From the NCBI GenBank assembly GCA_025360345.1, contig JANYCJ010000025.1:1-58631 (forward strand): 58,631 nucleotides of DNA. Direction: 5' to 3'. This DNA comes from Alphaproteobacteria bacterium (GTDB lineage Bacteria; Pseudomonadota; Alphaproteobacteria; Rickettsiales; SXRF01). This document shows positions 8,262 to 19,151 of the stretch, piece after piece. The position numbers were made by a program, and so were the translations under genes. Numbering within the stretch: the stretch's first letter is position 1; each line of letters starts with the position of its first letter. The notes beneath the pieces were generated by a model. The model was not told the origin of the DNA. It did no database searches and saw only the letters and a list, made by a program, of their open reading frames with translations.

Positions 8262-9603
8262 TGTCGGCTCCCTCGGAGTAAGGGTTTTTATTCTTGCGTA
8301 TCCGTACCCGTATCGGAATTCCCGGCAGCGTAAACCGCTCCCGCATCGAGTTCACCAGGTAGCGCATGTAGCTCTCCGGTATTTCCGAGGTGTTGGAAAA
8401 CAGGATAAAACTCGGCGGCCTCGCGCTTTTCTGCGTCATGTAGCGGATTTTGATCCGGCGTGTATGCACCATTGGCGGCGTGTGCGCCTCCAGCGCCGAT
8501 TCCAGCCAGCGGTTCAGCTCCCCCGTGCCCAGCTCAGTGTTCCACAGCGCATAGACCTTGAAACACGCCGTAAGCAGCGCCCCGATGCCCGTGCCCTCAA
8601 TCGCCGAGATCGGCACCATCGGGCAGCCCTTCACCTGCGGCAGCACCATGGCAAGCCGCGCCTTGATCGCCTTTTCATAGGCAGGTTTGTCCTTCACCGT
8701 GTCCCACTTGTTCACTGCCAGCACAAACGCCCGGCCCTCTTGCTCCACCAGCGAGGCAATGGTGTTTTCCTGCTTTTCCAGCGGCTGCTCGGCGTCGATC
8801 ACCAGCACCACCACATGCGCGTATTGGATGGCCCGCAGCGTATCGGCCACGGCCAGCTTTTCCACCTTTGCCTGCACATTGGCCTTGCGCCGCATCCCCG
8901 CCGTATCGATCAGCTTCAGCTTCTTGCCCTTGAACACGTAATCAATCGTGATCGAATCCCGCGTGATTCCCGCCTCCGGCCCGGTCAGCACCCGCTCCTC
9001 GCCCAGAATTTTGTTCATCAGCGTGGATTTACCCACGTTGGGCCGCCCAACAATGGCGATCTGCATCGGCGTATCAATGGTTTCCACCACGTCCGCTTCC
9101 TTGCCCTCGCTCTTGTCATACGGCGCCAGCGCGTCATACAAATCCGCCAGCCCTTCGCCATGCTCCGCCGAAATCGCCACCGGCTCGCCCATGCCCAGCA
9201 CATGCGCCTCGGCAATCGCGTTGCTTGCCTTGCCGCCCTCGGCCTTGTTCACGATCAAAATCACCGGCGTGCCGGATTTGCGCACCACTTGCGCGAAATA
9301 TTTGTCCATCGGGGTCACGCCCACCCGGCCATCCACCACCAGCAGCGCCACGTCCGCATCGCGTATGGCCTGCTTGCTCTGGTCGGTCATGCGCGCCTGC
9401 AGCGTGCCTTCGTCGGCGTCTTCCAGCCCCGCCGTGTCCACCACCGTAAACGCCATGCCGCCGAGCGACGCATCGCCCGCCCTGCGGTCGCGCGTTACCC
9501 CCGGCTGGTCGTCCACCAGCGCGTGTCGCTTGCCCGTAAGCCGGTTAAACAGCGTGGATTTGCCCACATTGGGCCGCCCGACAATAGCAACGGTGAATGA
9601 CAT
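8254..9603 (-). CDS. der: Ribosome-biogenesis GTPase Der (EngA), two tandem GTPase domains
   Basis: Two G1 motifs are present (GRPNVGKSTLFN and GRPNVGKSTLMN), followed by a KH-like C-terminus. The start at the ATG at 9603 gives MSFTVAIVGRPNVGKS. The ORF opens at 9735. Confidence 0.95.
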   Translation of the reverse strand: MSFTVAIVGRPNVGKSTLFNRLTGKRHALVDDQPGVTRDRRAGDASLGGMAFTVVDTAGLEDADEGTLQARMTDQSKQAIRDADVALLVVDGRVGVTPMDKYFAQVVRKSGTPVILIVNKAEGGKASNAIAEAHVLGMGEPVAISAEHGEGLADLYDALAPYDKSEGKEADVVETIDTPMQIAIVGRPNVGKSTLMNKILGEERVLTGPEAGITRDSITIDYVFKGKKLKLIDTAGMRRKANVQAKVEKLAVADTLRAIQYAHVVVLVIDAEQPLEKQENTIASLVEQEGRAFVLAVNKWDTVKDKPAYEKAIKARLAMVLPQVKGCPMVPISAIEGTGIGALLTACFKVYALWNTELGTGELNRWLESALEAHTPPMVHTRRIKIRYMTQKSARPPSFILFSNTSEIPESYMRYLVNSMRERFTLPGIPIRVRIRKNKNPYSEGADNG

Positions 9604-9607
9604 GGGT

Positions 9608-10945
9608 TTATTTGAGCGAATAGAGGGTAGCGTCCTGGTCCACCAGCAGGATCTGCCCGCCAGCCACCACCGGCGCCGTATACACATGCTCAGGAATCTC
9701 CAGCGTCTGCGCAATCGCGCCCGTATCTGCCGCAATCAGGTACAAATGCCCGTCACTGCCTGTCACCGCCAGCTTGCCGTCGGCCAGCACCGGCCCCTTC
9801 ATGGTGATGGGGTGCGATTTCTCGTCGGCTTTCTCAAACCGCGGCAGCTGCGTGGCCCAGCGGATATGCCCGTCGAACTTCGTAAAGCAGATCAGCACAT
9901 TCGTATTGCTCAGCACAAACAGCGAATCGCCCGAAAGCCACGGCGTGTTGATGGAGCCCACTGGCCTCTGCCAGCTTTTCTGCCCGCTCACCAGCGACTG
10001 CACCGAAACCATGCCGCCCGAGCTCACCGAGATCACCACCTGCCCATCAATGATCGGGTCACCCCCGATACCGGAAAACAGCGCGTCGGCCTGCGTGTTC
10101 TTGCCCGAGGACAGGGACTCACTCCACAATTCCTTGCCGTCGGCAATCCCCAGCGCATACACCTCGCCGGAAGAATACGGCACCACCACCACATCACCCG
10201 CAACCGTGGGCGACACCGAGTTCATAATGCCCGCCTCTTCGGTAATCCCGCGCTGCGACCACTGGGTTTCCCCATCGGCCGTGCTCAGCGCGAACACTTC
10301 ATTGTCCAGCGCCACCACGAACAGCTTGCCTCCGCCGATACGCGGCGCGGAGCGCAAAGGCGCGTGCAGCGCCTTATGCCATTTTTCTGCGCCCGACGCC
10401 GCATCGAACGCCGCAACAACGCCCCTGCCCGACACCGCGTAAAGCACGCCCTGGTCAAACGCCAGCCCGCCGCCGATGCTGTCTTCCGCATCTTCTTCGC
10501 TCACGCCCTTGGAGCGCCACAGGATATTTTCAATATTCGCTTCCGCATGGGCCGTGATCGCGCCGGAAGCATCCATGGCAAAAATTCGCCCTTCGCCCAC
10601 CACCGGGCGCGGCACCAGCATATGCTTGAATTCCTCACCCTCGCCGATCCGCACGTTGGTCTGGTGCTTCAAATCCCCCCCCAGCGCCAGGTTGGAATTC
10701 TGCGCCGTGAAATTGCCGGTATGCTGCTGCCAGTCGCTATTGGCGTTCACCGCCGGCAGGCTGAACGGCACACTGGCCGCTTCCGGGTCTGCCTTAAGCT
10801 CCGCCGCCGCGGGCACCACTGCCAGCCGCGTGCCTTCCAGTTTCGTCTCCGCCTTGTCGCTGCCACCCATCCATGAGGGCAGGGAGCTGCACCCGCCAAG
10901 GGCGCTGACACAGGCACACAGGGCAAGCAGGCGGCACTTATTCAT
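9608..10945 (-). CDS. bamB: Outer-membrane assembly lipoprotein BamB-like (PQQ-type beta-propeller)
   Basis: Lipoprotein signal MNKCRLLALCACVSALGGCSS. Beta-propeller repeats are present. The yfgM-bamB-der synteny is conserved. Confidence 0.85.
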   Translation of the reverse strand: MNKCRLLALCACVSALGGCSSLPSWMGGSDKAETKLEGTRLAVVPAAAELKADPEAASVPFSLPAVNANSDWQQHTGNFTAQNSNLALGGDLKHQTNVRIGEGEEFKHMLVPRPVVGEGRIFAMDASGAITAHAEANIENILWRSKGVSEEDAEDSIGGGLAFDQGVLYAVSGRGVVAAFDAASGAEKWHKALHAPLRSAPRIGGGKLFVVALDNEVFALSTADGETQWSQRGITEEAGIMNSVSPTVAGDVVVVPYSSGEVYALGIADGKELWSESLSSGKNTQADALFSGIGGDPIIDGQVVISVSSGGMVSVQSLVSGQKSWQRPVGSINTPWLSGDSLFVLSNTNVLICFTKFDGHIRWATQLPRFEKADEKSHPITMKGPVLADGKLAVTGSDGHLYLIAADTGAIAQTLEIPEHVYTAPVVAGGQILLVDQDATLYSLK

Positions 10946-11612
10946 CCACAGGCCCTTTCCCCGGCTTGCCGATAGCATCTTTCATCGCTTCATTTTCCTT
11001 CTGCAGCGCTTCCGGCGCAAGATATTGCAGCGCCTCCGTCACCCGCCCATGCATGGAGTAGGGCGCTTTCGGGTCGCGGTAAATGGAAAGGAAGTGCGCC
11101 ACCGCGTTATCCTTCTTGCCCAGCTTCAGCAGTTGCCAGCCCCGGGCCTCGCTCTGGGTGTAGAAAAACGGCGCGCCTAAGCGCGGCTTGGTCACATCGC
11201 CATTTTCCGGCGGCAGCATCATCTTCGCCAGCTCCCCGAACACCGGGTCGTTCTCCGAAAGCGTTTTATAGGTCTTATACGCCCCGTCATGGTCGGAAAG
11301 CGCGTTTTGCGCCTGCGCCTTGCGCAGCAGCGCCAGCCCGTAATAGCTGCTGCCGGGATCCGCCGACAGCGCGTCAAACACGCCGATTGCACCCTTGTAA
11401 TCCTCGATATTCAACCGGTCTATGCCCTTGATGAATTCCGAGGTCTTGTCCATCGCCTTGGCCTGCCGGTGGTTCTGCCAGATCACGATCCCGATGGTAA
11501 TCAGGATGATAATCACGCTCACCCCCACCATCACCTTGCCAAAGCTATGCCACAGCTTTTCATAGCGTTCGCGCTTGATATCGTCTTCAATTTCCCGAAA
11601 CAGCTCGCTCAT
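10938..11612 (-). CDS. YfgM-like TPR membrane-anchored protein
   Basis: N-terminus MSELFREIEDDIKRERYEKLW, followed by a single TM segment (VMVGVSVIIILITIGIVIW) and a TPR-like periplasmic part. It lies upstream of bamB. Start at the ATG at 11612; the ORF opens at 11666. Confidence 0.75.
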   Translation of the reverse strand: MSELFREIEDDIKRERYEKLWHSFGKVMVGVSVIIILITIGIVIWQNHRQAKAMDKTSEFIKGIDRLNIEDYKGAIGVFDALSADPGSSYYGLALLRKAQAQNALSDHDGAYKTYKTLSENDPVFGELAKMMLPPENGDVTKPRLGAPFFYTQSEARGWQLLKLGKKDNAVAHFLSIYRDPKAPYSMHGRVTEALQYLAPEALQKENEAMKDAIGKPGKGPVDE

Positions 11613-11616
11613 TGCC

Positions 11617-13164
11617 TTACTCCCACTCAATCGTGCCCGGGGGCTTGCTGGTGATGTCATACACAATGCGGTTCACCCCGCGCACCTCGTTAGTGATGCG
11701 GCTGGAAACGCGGCTCAGGAACTCATGGCTGAAATGGTAATAATCCGCCGTCATCCCGTCGGTGGAGGTCACCGCGCGCAGCGCCAGCACATAGTCATAG
11801 CTGCGCGAATCCCCCATCACGCCCACCGTGCGCACCGGCAGCAGCACGGCAAACGCCTGCCAGATTTCGTTATACAGGTTCGCCTTGCGGATTTCCTCGA
11901 TATAGATCAGGTCGGCCTTGCGCAAAATGGCCAGCTTTTCCATGGTGATCTCGCCGGGAATGCGTATCGCCAGCCCCGGGCCGGGGAAAGGGTGGCGGCC
12001 CACCATGTCGGCAGGCATCCCGAGCTCTTTCCCAAGCGCGCGCACCTCGTCCTTGAACAGCTCGCGCAACGGCTCCACCAGCTTCATCTTCATGCGGGCG
12101 GGCAAGCCCCCCACATTGTGGTGGCTCTTGATGGTGACGCTAGGCCCCCCCACCACCGAAACCGATTCGATCACGTCCGGGTACAGCGTGCCCTGTGCCA
12201 GGAAATCCGCACCGCCCACCGCATTGGCCTCCTGCTCGAACAGCTCGATGAACGTCTCGCCGATGATCTTGCGCTTCTGCTCCGGGTCTTTCACCCCGTG
12301 CAGCCGCTGCATGAACACCATGCTCGCATCCACATGCACCAGCGGAATGTGGAAATGCTCCTTGAACAGCTTGTCCACCTGCGCCGGCTCGCCCTCGCGT
12401 AGCAGCCCGGTATCAATGAAAATGCAGGTGAGCTTATCTTTAATCGCCTCATGCAGCAGCGCCGCCACCACGGAGGAATCAACCCCCCCCGAAAGCCCGC
12501 AGATCACCCGCCCGTTGCCCACCTGCTGGCGCACCCGCGCAATCGCCTGCGTGCGGAAAGCCGACATCGTCCAGTCGCCTTTGCACCCGGCGATGCGGTG
12601 GGTGAAATTCTTCAAAAGCCCGCCGCCTTCGGGCGTGTGCACCACTTCGGGGTGGAACTGCACCCCGTAAAACCGCTTCTTCTCATCGGCAATCGCCGCA
12701 AAGGGCGCGCCCTCGGATTTCGCAATCACCTTAAAGCCTGCAGGCAAGCTCACCACGCGGTCGCCGTGGCTCATCCACACCTGCCGGTCCTCGCCCTTGC
12801 GCCACAAGCCCTCGAACAGCGGGCTCTCATCGGAAACCTGCACCATCGCCCGGCCAAATTCCCGGTGGTCGGAGCTTTCCACCTTGCCGCCCAGCGTCTG
12901 GCACATCAGCTGCTCGCCGTAGCAAATCCCCAGCACCGGTATGCCCATGGCAAACACCTTGGGCGACACCTTGGGCGAAAACTCCTCATGCACCGAGGCA
13001 GGCCCGCCCGAGAGGATGATCGCCTTTGGGTTGAACGCAGCAATATCGGCATCGGAAGTGTTGTAAGGGCGGATCTCGGAATACACCCCGTTTTCGCGCA
13101 CGCGCCGCGCGATGAGCTGGGTAACTTGCGAGCCAAAATCTAAAATAAGGATACGGTCGGCCAT
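11617..13164 (-). CDS. guaA: GMP synthase (glutamine-hydrolysing)
   Basis: The GATase domain reads [20 protein letters not shown]...GICYG. The ATP-PPase motif is [10 protein letters not shown]. The canonical C-terminus PPGTIEWE is present. Confidence 0.97.
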   Translation of the reverse strand: MADRILILDFGSQVTQLIARRVRENGVYSEIRPYNTSDADIAAFNPKAIILSGGPASVHEEFSPKVSPKVFAMGIPVLGICYGEQLMCQTLGGKVESSDHREFGRAMVQVSDESPLFEGLWRKGEDRQVWMSHGDRVVSLPAGFKVIAKSEGAPFAAIADEKKRFYGVQFHPEVVHTPEGGGLLKNFTHRIAGCKGDWTMSAFRTQAIARVRQQVGNGRVICGLSGGVDSSVVAALLHEAIKDKLTCIFIDTGLLREGEPAQVDKLFKEHFHIPLVHVDASMVFMQRLHGVKDPEQKRKIIGETFIELFEQEANAVGGADFLAQGTLYPDVIESVSVVGGPSVTIKSHHNVGGLPARMKMKLVEPLRELFKDEVRALGKELGMPADMVGRHPFPGPGLAIRIPGEITMEKLAILRKADLIYIEEIRKANLYNEIWQAFAVLLPVRTVGVMGDSRSYDYVLALRAVTSTDGMTADYYHFSHEFLSRVSSRITNEVRGVNRIVYDITSKPPGTIEWE

Positions 13165-13206
13165 GGCGGAACTGAATCAAACCTCGAAAAGAAAATTCTA
13201 AAAGCG

Positions 13207-14184
13207 CTATTCGTTTAAGAACAGCTCGATGCGCCGCGCAACCGGCTTTGCAGCCTCCGGCCCGTCGGCATTCACAATGGCGCTGCTACTTACGCCGCCA
13301 TCGGTGAGCACCTTCTTTACCACAGTAATACGCTTACCCGGCAAGTCTTTTTCCTGCGCGGCAGAGCCCGTAAGCGGCGCCACATGCAGGATCACCACGT
13401 AGTCAGACTTGCCCTTAAGCGAGTTAACCACCTCATTCAAAACATTTTTACCAGGTCCGGACACATCCGGCTTGCCCGCTTCGAAAAAGACCGCGTAAGA
13501 GGCGGTTTCCGCCATCACTTCTTTTTTAGCGTCACCCTTGGCCGCTTTGCCCGCGGGCTTTTCCGGCATCACGCTCTTGGGCGCTTTTTCTGTCTCGCCT
13601 TCAGGAGCCTTGAACACCGTGGGCTTGGCCCATTTGGTCACCTTGTTCTTTTTGGAACCATGCTCCATCGGCTCTGCTGGCAGTGGCCGGCTTTCCACCG
13701 CATCGCTGTTCGAGCCGTTAAGCGAATGCATCAGGTTATCGCGGCAATTGGCGATTTCTTCTGTCTGCCAGCCGGCTTCCGCGTATTCCACCCAGCAATC
13801 GAAATTAAACTCGATCATAGCCGCCCGGTTTGGCGCACCGGCTTTCAGCGCGGGCGTCAGCGTGTCCATCACCCGGATGCGCGCCTTTTCCAGCTCCATT
13901 TTGGAAGCGTCGTCAAGGTTCCAGCCGTCCAGCTCTTCCGGCTCGGCATCCTTGCCATAAGCCAGCCGCAGCCCCTTATCGGCGAAATACCAGCTATTGG
14001 GCCAGTCGTAGCTCTTTTCCTTCTTGGCCGCAAAATCCATGTACATGCGTGACAGCGCCGTCTGGAACGGCGAACCCTGCGGCGTGGTGTTGCGCAGTTC
14101 TTCCAGCCGGTACATCATGCAGCCGGAGCTTAACCCTGCCACCGTGCACAGCAACGCGCCGCGTTTCACCCATTGCATCAACAT
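13207..14184 (-). CDS. Lipoprotein with an OmpA-like C-terminal domain (paralogue B)
   Basis: Lipobox LSSGC. The N-terminal domain is shared with the upstream gene (ALSRMYMDFA...FADKGL...GKDAEPE...FDCW). The OmpA-like tail reads GKRITVVKKVLTDGGV...RRIELFL. An alternative start exists at 14178. Confidence 0.75.
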   Translation of the reverse strand: MLMQWVKRGALLCTVAGLSSGCMMYRLEELRNTTPQGSPFQTALSRMYMDFAAKKEKSYDWPNSWYFADKGLRLAYGKDAEPEELDGWNLDDASKMELEKARIRVMDTLTPALKAGAPNRAAMIEFNFDCWVEYAEAGWQTEEIANCRDNLMHSLNGSNSDAVESRPLPAEPMEHGSKKNKVTKWAKPTVFKAPEGETEKAPKSVMPEKPAGKAAKGDAKKEVMAETASYAVFFEAGKPDVSGPGKNVLNEVVNSLKGKSDYVVILHVAPLTGSAAQEKDLPGKRITVVKKVLTDGGVSSSAIVNADGPEAAKPVARRIELFLNE

Positions 14185-15008
14185 TATTTGGCCTCCTTGG
14201 CGCTTTGCGGTCCTGCCGAAATGGTGATCGTCACCACCTTGGTGTTTTTGGGAATATTATCTTGGCTCAGCATCACGCTCTTGCCACCCTCGCGGTGGGT
14301 GCGTATCTGGCGGCTGGGCACACCGGCTTTCACCAGCGCCTTTTTCACCGCGGCGATGCGCAGCTCCGTCAGCTTTTTCTGCGAGGCTTTCTTGCCCACA
14401 TAGGCGCGCAATTCCACCCAGTAATCCTTCGCGCCCTGCAGCTCGCACACCACGTCGCCGATATCGGCGTTATTGGCCTCGCTGAGCTTGGTCACATTCG
14501 CCTCGAACACGATATCCCGGCGGAAGGCGCGGGCGTAAATTTCCGGCCCCACCTTCTCCAGCAGCCGCGTCAGCGACGTGCCGAATTCCGGCTTGCACAG
14601 CGCTTTTTCAGGCTCGATACCCGAAATCACCTGCTGCTGCCAGCAATCGAACAGCAGCTGCGAATGCGCCAGTTCCTGCGGCGCGGCTTCCTTCACTTCC
14701 TGGGTGCTCAGGCGCATCAGCTGCCCGCGCGCCTCGGCAAGCTCCGCTTGCGCTTCCGGCGGCAGCGAAAGCTCCACCATATCCGGCGCAACATCCTTGC
14801 CATGGTAGCTGTCCAGCCCCTTTTCGGCAAAGCGGCTGGCTACGCTTTTGCGGCCCTGTTCCGCCTCGGAATCCGCGAAATCGCGGTACTCTGCCGCCAG
14901 CGCCCCTTTGAAATCCTGTGCGGCGGGGTTGAGGTCTTTCAGCTTGGTGAGGTTGGTGGTACAGCCGGTAAGCAAAGCAAGGCAGAGCAGGGGCGCAAGG
15001 AAACGCAT
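14184..15008 (-). CDS. Lipoprotein with an OmpA-like C-terminal domain (paralogue A)
   Basis: Lipobox LLTGC. The N-terminal domain reads ALAAEYRDFA...FAEKGL...GKDVAPD...FDCW. The C-terminal part reads LRIAAVKKALVKAGVPSRQI. Its stop overlaps the next start by 1 nt (TAATG). Confidence 0.75.
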   Translation of the reverse strand: MRFLAPLLCLALLTGCTTNLTKLKDLNPAAQDFKGALAAEYRDFADSEAEQGRKSVASRFAEKGLDSYHGKDVAPDMVELSLPPEAQAELAEARGQLMRLSTQEVKEAAPQELAHSQLLFDCWQQQVISGIEPEKALCKPEFGTSLTRLLEKVGPEIYARAFRRDIVFEANVTKLSEANNADIGDVVCELQGAKDYWVELRAYVGKKASQKKLTELRIAAVKKALVKAGVPSRQIRTHREGGKSVMLSQDNIPKNTKVVTITISAGPQSAKEAK

Positions 15009-15111
15009 AAGGCACCACGATAAGCAGGGGGTTGAACTGGCATTACCATAGTGAATTTCTTTTCGTTGTACAGCCTGTTGTTTAGCCTTTCGCCCCCAAA
15101 TTGCAAAAGAG

Positions 15112-15140
15112 TTGCTTTCTGTATCTTTTACGCATATATA
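15112..15140 (+). promoter_or_regulatory. Putative sigma70-type promoter upstream of ndk
   Basis: TTGCTT (15112-15117), a 17-nt spacer, then TATATA (15135-15140), about 50 nt upstream of the ndk ATG. Called by pattern match only. Confidence 0.35.
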
Positions 15141-15188
15141 AGCCGCGTCTGATTCATCCCCCTATATATAAACATTCTGGAGCCAACC

Positions 15189-15611
15189 ATGACCATGCAG
15201 CGCACGTTTTCCATCCTGAAGCCCGACGCCACCGAGCGCAACCTCACCGGCAAGATCAACGCCGTGTTCGAAAGCAACGGCCTGCGCATCGTAGCCCAGA
15301 AGCGCATCCGCATGAGCCGCCTGCAGGCTGGCGCGTTCTACGGCGTGCACAAAGAGCGCCCCTTCTACCAGGAACTGGTGGAATACATGGTTTCCGGCCC
15401 CGTGGTCGTGCAGGTGCTCGAAGGTGAAAACGCCGTGCAGAAGCACCGCGACATCATGGGCGCCACCAACCCGGCCAACGCCGCCCCCGGCACCATCCGC
15501 AAGGAATTCGCCGAAAGCATCGAGCGCAATTCCGTGCACGGCTCCGACAGCCTTGAAAATGCGGAAACCGAAATTCGCTTTTTCTTCAGCGGCACCGAAA
15601 TCGTAGGCTAA
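15189..15611 (+). CDS. ndk: Nucleoside-diphosphate kinase
   Basis: [11 protein letters not shown], the [14 protein letters not shown] region, NSVHGSDS (active-site His) and a length of 140 aa. Confidence 0.97.
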   Translation: MTMQRTFSILKPDATERNLTGKINAVFESNGLRIVAQKRIRMSRLQAGAFYGVHKERPFYQELVEYMVSGPVVVQVLEGENAVQKHRDIMGATNPANAAPGTIRKEFAESIERNSVHGSDSLENAETEIRFFFSGTEIVG

Positions 15612-15677
15612 AAAAGCTTTAATTGTGGTCTCTTATATATTAGGCTATCCACCTGATTAGCTATTTAGGAGATCACT

Positions 15678-16178
15678 ATGCGCCCCCTGCTTCGTCGTAC
15701 CGTTCATTCCCGCAAAGCCGCCGCACTGGCGATATTTTCCCTCATGCTGCTTTCGGCATGTTGTGAAGACGTGCTGGGCAAGAAAGCCCGCGGCAACTGG
15801 CAGGGCGAGGCCGAGCAGATCAACCTCAACGGCATCAAAACCAAATATTCCGTCACCGTCGCCATCACCGACGCCGAGCATATCGTGGTGGATTACCCCA
15901 GCCTGAAATGCGACACCTGGCTGGAGCGCCTGCCCTCTTCCGACGGCTACGCCGAATACCGCGAACATGTAGACAGCAACGAAGGCGGCAACTGCGCCGA
16001 AGGCGGGCTGGTCTCCTTTGTGCTGTCTGAAAGCGACAACAGCAAGCTGTCCTACCGCTGGAAATACCATGTGAACGATAACGACCTGATCTACGCCACC
16101 GCCACGCTAAACCGCGTGCCCCCCGCCGAAGCACAGGACCTCGACTATTTCCGCAATCAGGCCAACGACAAGAAATAA
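15678..16178 (+). CDS. Hypothetical lipoprotein
   Basis: AGGAG lies 6 nt upstream of the ATG. The signal/lipobox is AIFSLMLLSAC. The third codon position is GC-rich, consistent with host coding DNA. I recognise no family. Confidence 0.65.
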   Translation: MRPLLRRTVHSRKAAALAIFSLMLLSACCEDVLGKKARGNWQGEAEQINLNGIKTKYSVTVAITDAEHIVVDYPSLKCDTWLERLPSSDGYAEYREHVDSNEGGNCAEGGLVSFVLSESDNSKLSYRWKYHVNDNDLIYATATLNRVPPAEAQDLDYFRNQANDKK

Positions 16179-16181
16179 GGT

Positions 16182-16832
16182 CTAGGAAACCGGCTGCATA
16201 AGGGCGCCTTCCGCCTCGGCAGCGCCCGCAATCGTCACTTTTTCATCCACCACTGAAAGCCTGCCTTCGGCCAGCCACCGCAACGCCAGCGGGTAGCATT
16301 GGTGCTCCTGCGCCAGCACCCGTGCGCCTAAGCTCGCAGGCGTATCGCCCGCCAGCACCGGCACCGCCGCCTGCACAATGATCGGCCCCACATCCATCTC
16401 CGCCCGCACAAAATGCACGCTGCACCCGGAAATCCGCACCCCGGCGGCAATCGCCTCCTCATGTGCATGAACCCCCTTGAACGAGGGCAGCAGGGAAGGG
16501 TGGATATTAAGCAGCTTATTATGCCATCCCTGCACAAAACCGGGGCTCAGCAGCCGCATGAACCCGGCCAGCAACACCGCGTCCACCAGGTGATGGTCCA
16601 GCAGATGCTGCAGCCCGTCATCGAACTGCGCCCGTGTATCAAATTCCTTATGGTCTATCACCAGCGCCGGGATACCCTTCTCCCGCGCCCGCTGCAGCCC
16701 GAATGCATCCGCCTTGTTGGAAATCACTACCGCGATCTCGGCCGGGAAATTCGTGTCTTGGCAGGCATCGATCAGGGCCTGCAAATTGCTGCCATTGCCC
16801 GAAATCAATACCCCGACCCGAAGCTTACTCAT
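16182..16832 (-). CDS. purN: Phosphoribosylglycinamide formyltransferase
   Basis: [36 protein letters not shown]. It overlaps the purM stop. Confidence 0.95.
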   Translation of the reverse strand: MSKLRVGVLISGNGSNLQALIDACQDTNFPAEIAVVISNKADAFGLQRAREKGIPALVIDHKEFDTRAQFDDGLQHLLDHHLVDAVLLAGFMRLLSPGFVQGWHNKLLNIHPSLLPSFKGVHAHEEAIAAGVRISGCSVHFVRAEMDVGPIIVQAAVPVLAGDTPASLGARVLAQEHQCYPLALRWLAEGRLSVVDEKVTIAGAAEAEGALMQPVS

Positions 16833-17874
16833 CGGTAATCACCGCCTCACCTTCGCGCTTCACCACCACGCCCAGCCGCGTCACGGTTTCGCCTTCTTTG
16901 GTCAGCAGCTTGGTCACGCCCGCCTCATTCTCTTTCGCCACCACCAGCACCATGCCCGTGCCGCAGTTAAACGTGCGCCGCATATCCGCAATCGGCACGT
17001 TGCCCGCATCCATAAGCCACTGGAACACCGGCGGCAGCGCCTTGGGCATCTCCCGCAAATCCACCGCCAGGTTATCGGGCAGCACCCGCGGAATATTCTC
17101 AAGCCCCCCGCCCGTGATATGCGCCAGCGCCCGAATCCCGTCCGGGTATTTCTTCAGCGCCGCAAGGCAGGATTTCACATATAGCCGCGTTGGCGTCAGC
17201 AGCACTTCGCCCAGCGTCTTCTTCGGCGCGAACGGCGCTTTCGCCGCATAATCCAGCCCCTTCAGCGCCATGATGTGCCGCACCAGCGAAAACCCGTTGG
17301 AATGCACCCCCGAAGAGGCCAGCCCCAGCACCACGTCGCCTTTTTTCATCCCCTTGGCAGGCAGCACGCGCTTCCTGTCCACAGCTCCCACCGCAAACCC
17401 CGCAAGGTCGTATTCCCCATCCTTGTACATGCCCGGCATCTCGGCGGTTTCCCCGCCCACCAGCGCGCAGCCGGACTCCGCGCAGCCCTTGGCGATACCC
17501 TCAATCACTTTCGCCGCCGCATCCACCGAAAGCTTGCCCGTGGCGAAATAATCCAGAAAGAAAAGCGGCTCCGCCCCCTGCACCACGAGGTCGTTCACGC
17601 ACATCGCCACTAAATCGATGCCGATGCTGTCATGCTGGTTCAGCGCCTGCGCAATCTTAAGCTTCGTCCCCACCCCGTCGGTGGAAGACACCAGCAGCGG
17701 GTCGTCATACCCTGCTTTTTTCAAATCGAACAGCGCCCCGAACCCGCCTACCGAGCCCATCGAGCCCTTGCGCTGCGTGGCCTTGGCAAATGGCTTGATG
17801 CGTTCCACCAGCGCGTCGCCCGCGTCAATATCCACCCCGGCTTGCTTATAGGTAGCGGCTTTAGCTTTCTTCAT
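16825..17874 (-). CDS. purM: Phosphoribosylformylglycinamidine cyclo-ligase (AIR synthetase)
   Basis: [46 protein letters not shown]. Start at the ATG at 17874 ([15 protein letters not shown]). The ORF opens at 17964. Confidence 0.96.
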   Translation of the reverse strand: MKKAKAATYKQAGVDIDAGDALVERIKPFAKATQRKGSMGSVGGFGALFDLKKAGYDDPLLVSSTDGVGTKLKIAQALNQHDSIGIDLVAMCVNDLVVQGAEPLFFLDYFATGKLSVDAAAKVIEGIAKGCAESGCALVGGETAEMPGMYKDGEYDLAGFAVGAVDRKRVLPAKGMKKGDVVLGLASSGVHSNGFSLVRHIMALKGLDYAAKAPFAPKKTLGEVLLTPTRLYVKSCLAALKKYPDGIRALAHITGGGLENIPRVLPDNLAVDLREMPKALPPVFQWLMDAGNVPIADMRRTFNCGTGMVLVVAKENEAGVTKLLTKEGETVTRLGVVVKREGEAVITDE

Positions 17875-18026
17875 AATGTTCAAAACCCTGATAAGGAGAC
17901 TGGCATTCTCGCACGCGGGAATTACCGATTGCGGATGATGCGGTAAATGAGTATGAGTAATCACAGGCTTTATAAAGCCAAGCCAAACTTTTATAAAATA
18001 AAATTTAAAAGTATTTACGAGCCCCC

Positions 18027-19151
18027 ATGCACCCGGCCAATAAAACCCGTTTCCTCTGCGTCCTCGCCGCCCTGTTCTGCATGGTAGCCGCCAATTTTAT
18101 CAATATCCCTCAGGCACTTGCCGGCGAAGCCTCCGTAAATAGCGAAGTCGAGGTCGATGTCACCGGCAAAGACGCCGCCGACGCCCGCGAACAAGCCATG
18201 GCCAAAGCCCAGCTCGACGGCCTGACCGATTTGCTCAGCAAGCTCACCTCGCCCGAGCAGGTGCACGCCATCGTCACCTCGCTGGACCCCCAGCGCATCA
18301 GCGCCATGGTGCGCTCCACCGAAGTGCTGGATGAAAAAATCACCTCCAACCGCTACCGCGCCACCCTCATGCTCACCTATGACGGCGACCAGATCAGCCA
18401 GCTCATCGAAAACGGTGGCGTCGCCACCAACGGCGTGAAGCCCGTGGTGGAAATCGGTTCTTTCCTCATCATCCCCGGATATGAAGAAGACGGCGTGCAG
18501 ATGCTTTGGGAAGAGGCCAACCCCTGGCGCGCCGCCTGCAAAACCGTGGGACTTGAAATCGCCAGCGGCGACATCATCGTCCCCTTTGGCGATGCCCGTG
18601 ACGCGGCCGTGGTCGATGCCAAGCTCCTCTCCGCCGCCAACTACGCAACCCTGCTGCCCCTCACCGTGCGCTACGGCGTAAGCGACATCGTCATCGTGCA
18701 GGCCAAATACACCCACACCCCCGATCCCCAGCTCGAAGTGGTCAAGCGCCGCATCAACCGCACCCAGAATGAAGTAAACGTCCTCACCTACCGCGCTGAT
18801 CCGCAGGAAACCAAGGAAACCCTGATGACCCGCGCCGCCCGCGACATCACCTCCCAGATCGAGCACAAGAAAACCGAGGAAATGGAAACCACCAAGGCCG
18901 TGCAGGGCGGCGACCGCAACACGGTGATGATGCTGGCCTCCGTCACCACCTTGTCCTCATGGACGGAGCTTCGCACCAAGATGTCTTCCCTGCCCATGAT
19001 AGACCGGCTGGAAGTCCTCGCCATCTCCCCCCAGCAGGTAGACCTCATCGTCCACTATCGCGGCACGCCGGAATCGCTGGCCAATGCGCTGGCAGCCCAG
19101 AACATCCGCCTCCAGCAAAACCCCAACTACTGGGTCGTCTCCCGTGACTAA
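18027..19151 (+). CDS. Secreted protein, DUF2066-like
   Basis: Signal peptide with cleavage-like site ALAGE. The N-terminal pattern is [35 protein letters not shown]. Its position between purM and the AI-2E transporter/hda resembles the known arrangement. The family assignment is from memory only. Confidence 0.6.
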   Translation: MHPANKTRFLCVLAALFCMVAANFINIPQALAGEASVNSEVEVDVTGKDAADAREQAMAKAQLDGLTDLLSKLTSPEQVHAIVTSLDPQRISAMVRSTEVLDEKITSNRYRATLMLTYDGDQISQLIENGGVATNGVKPVVEIGSFLIIPGYEEDGVQMLWEEANPWRAACKTVGLEIASGDIIVPFGDARDAAVVDAKLLSAANYATLLPLTVRYGVSDIVIVQAKYTHTPDPQLEVVKRRINRTQNEVNVLTYRADPQETKETLMTRAARDITSQIEHKKTEEMETTKAVQGGDRNTVMMLASVTTLSSWTELRTKMSSLPMIDRLEVLAISPQQVDLIVHYRGTPESLANALAAQNIRLQQNPNYWVVSRD

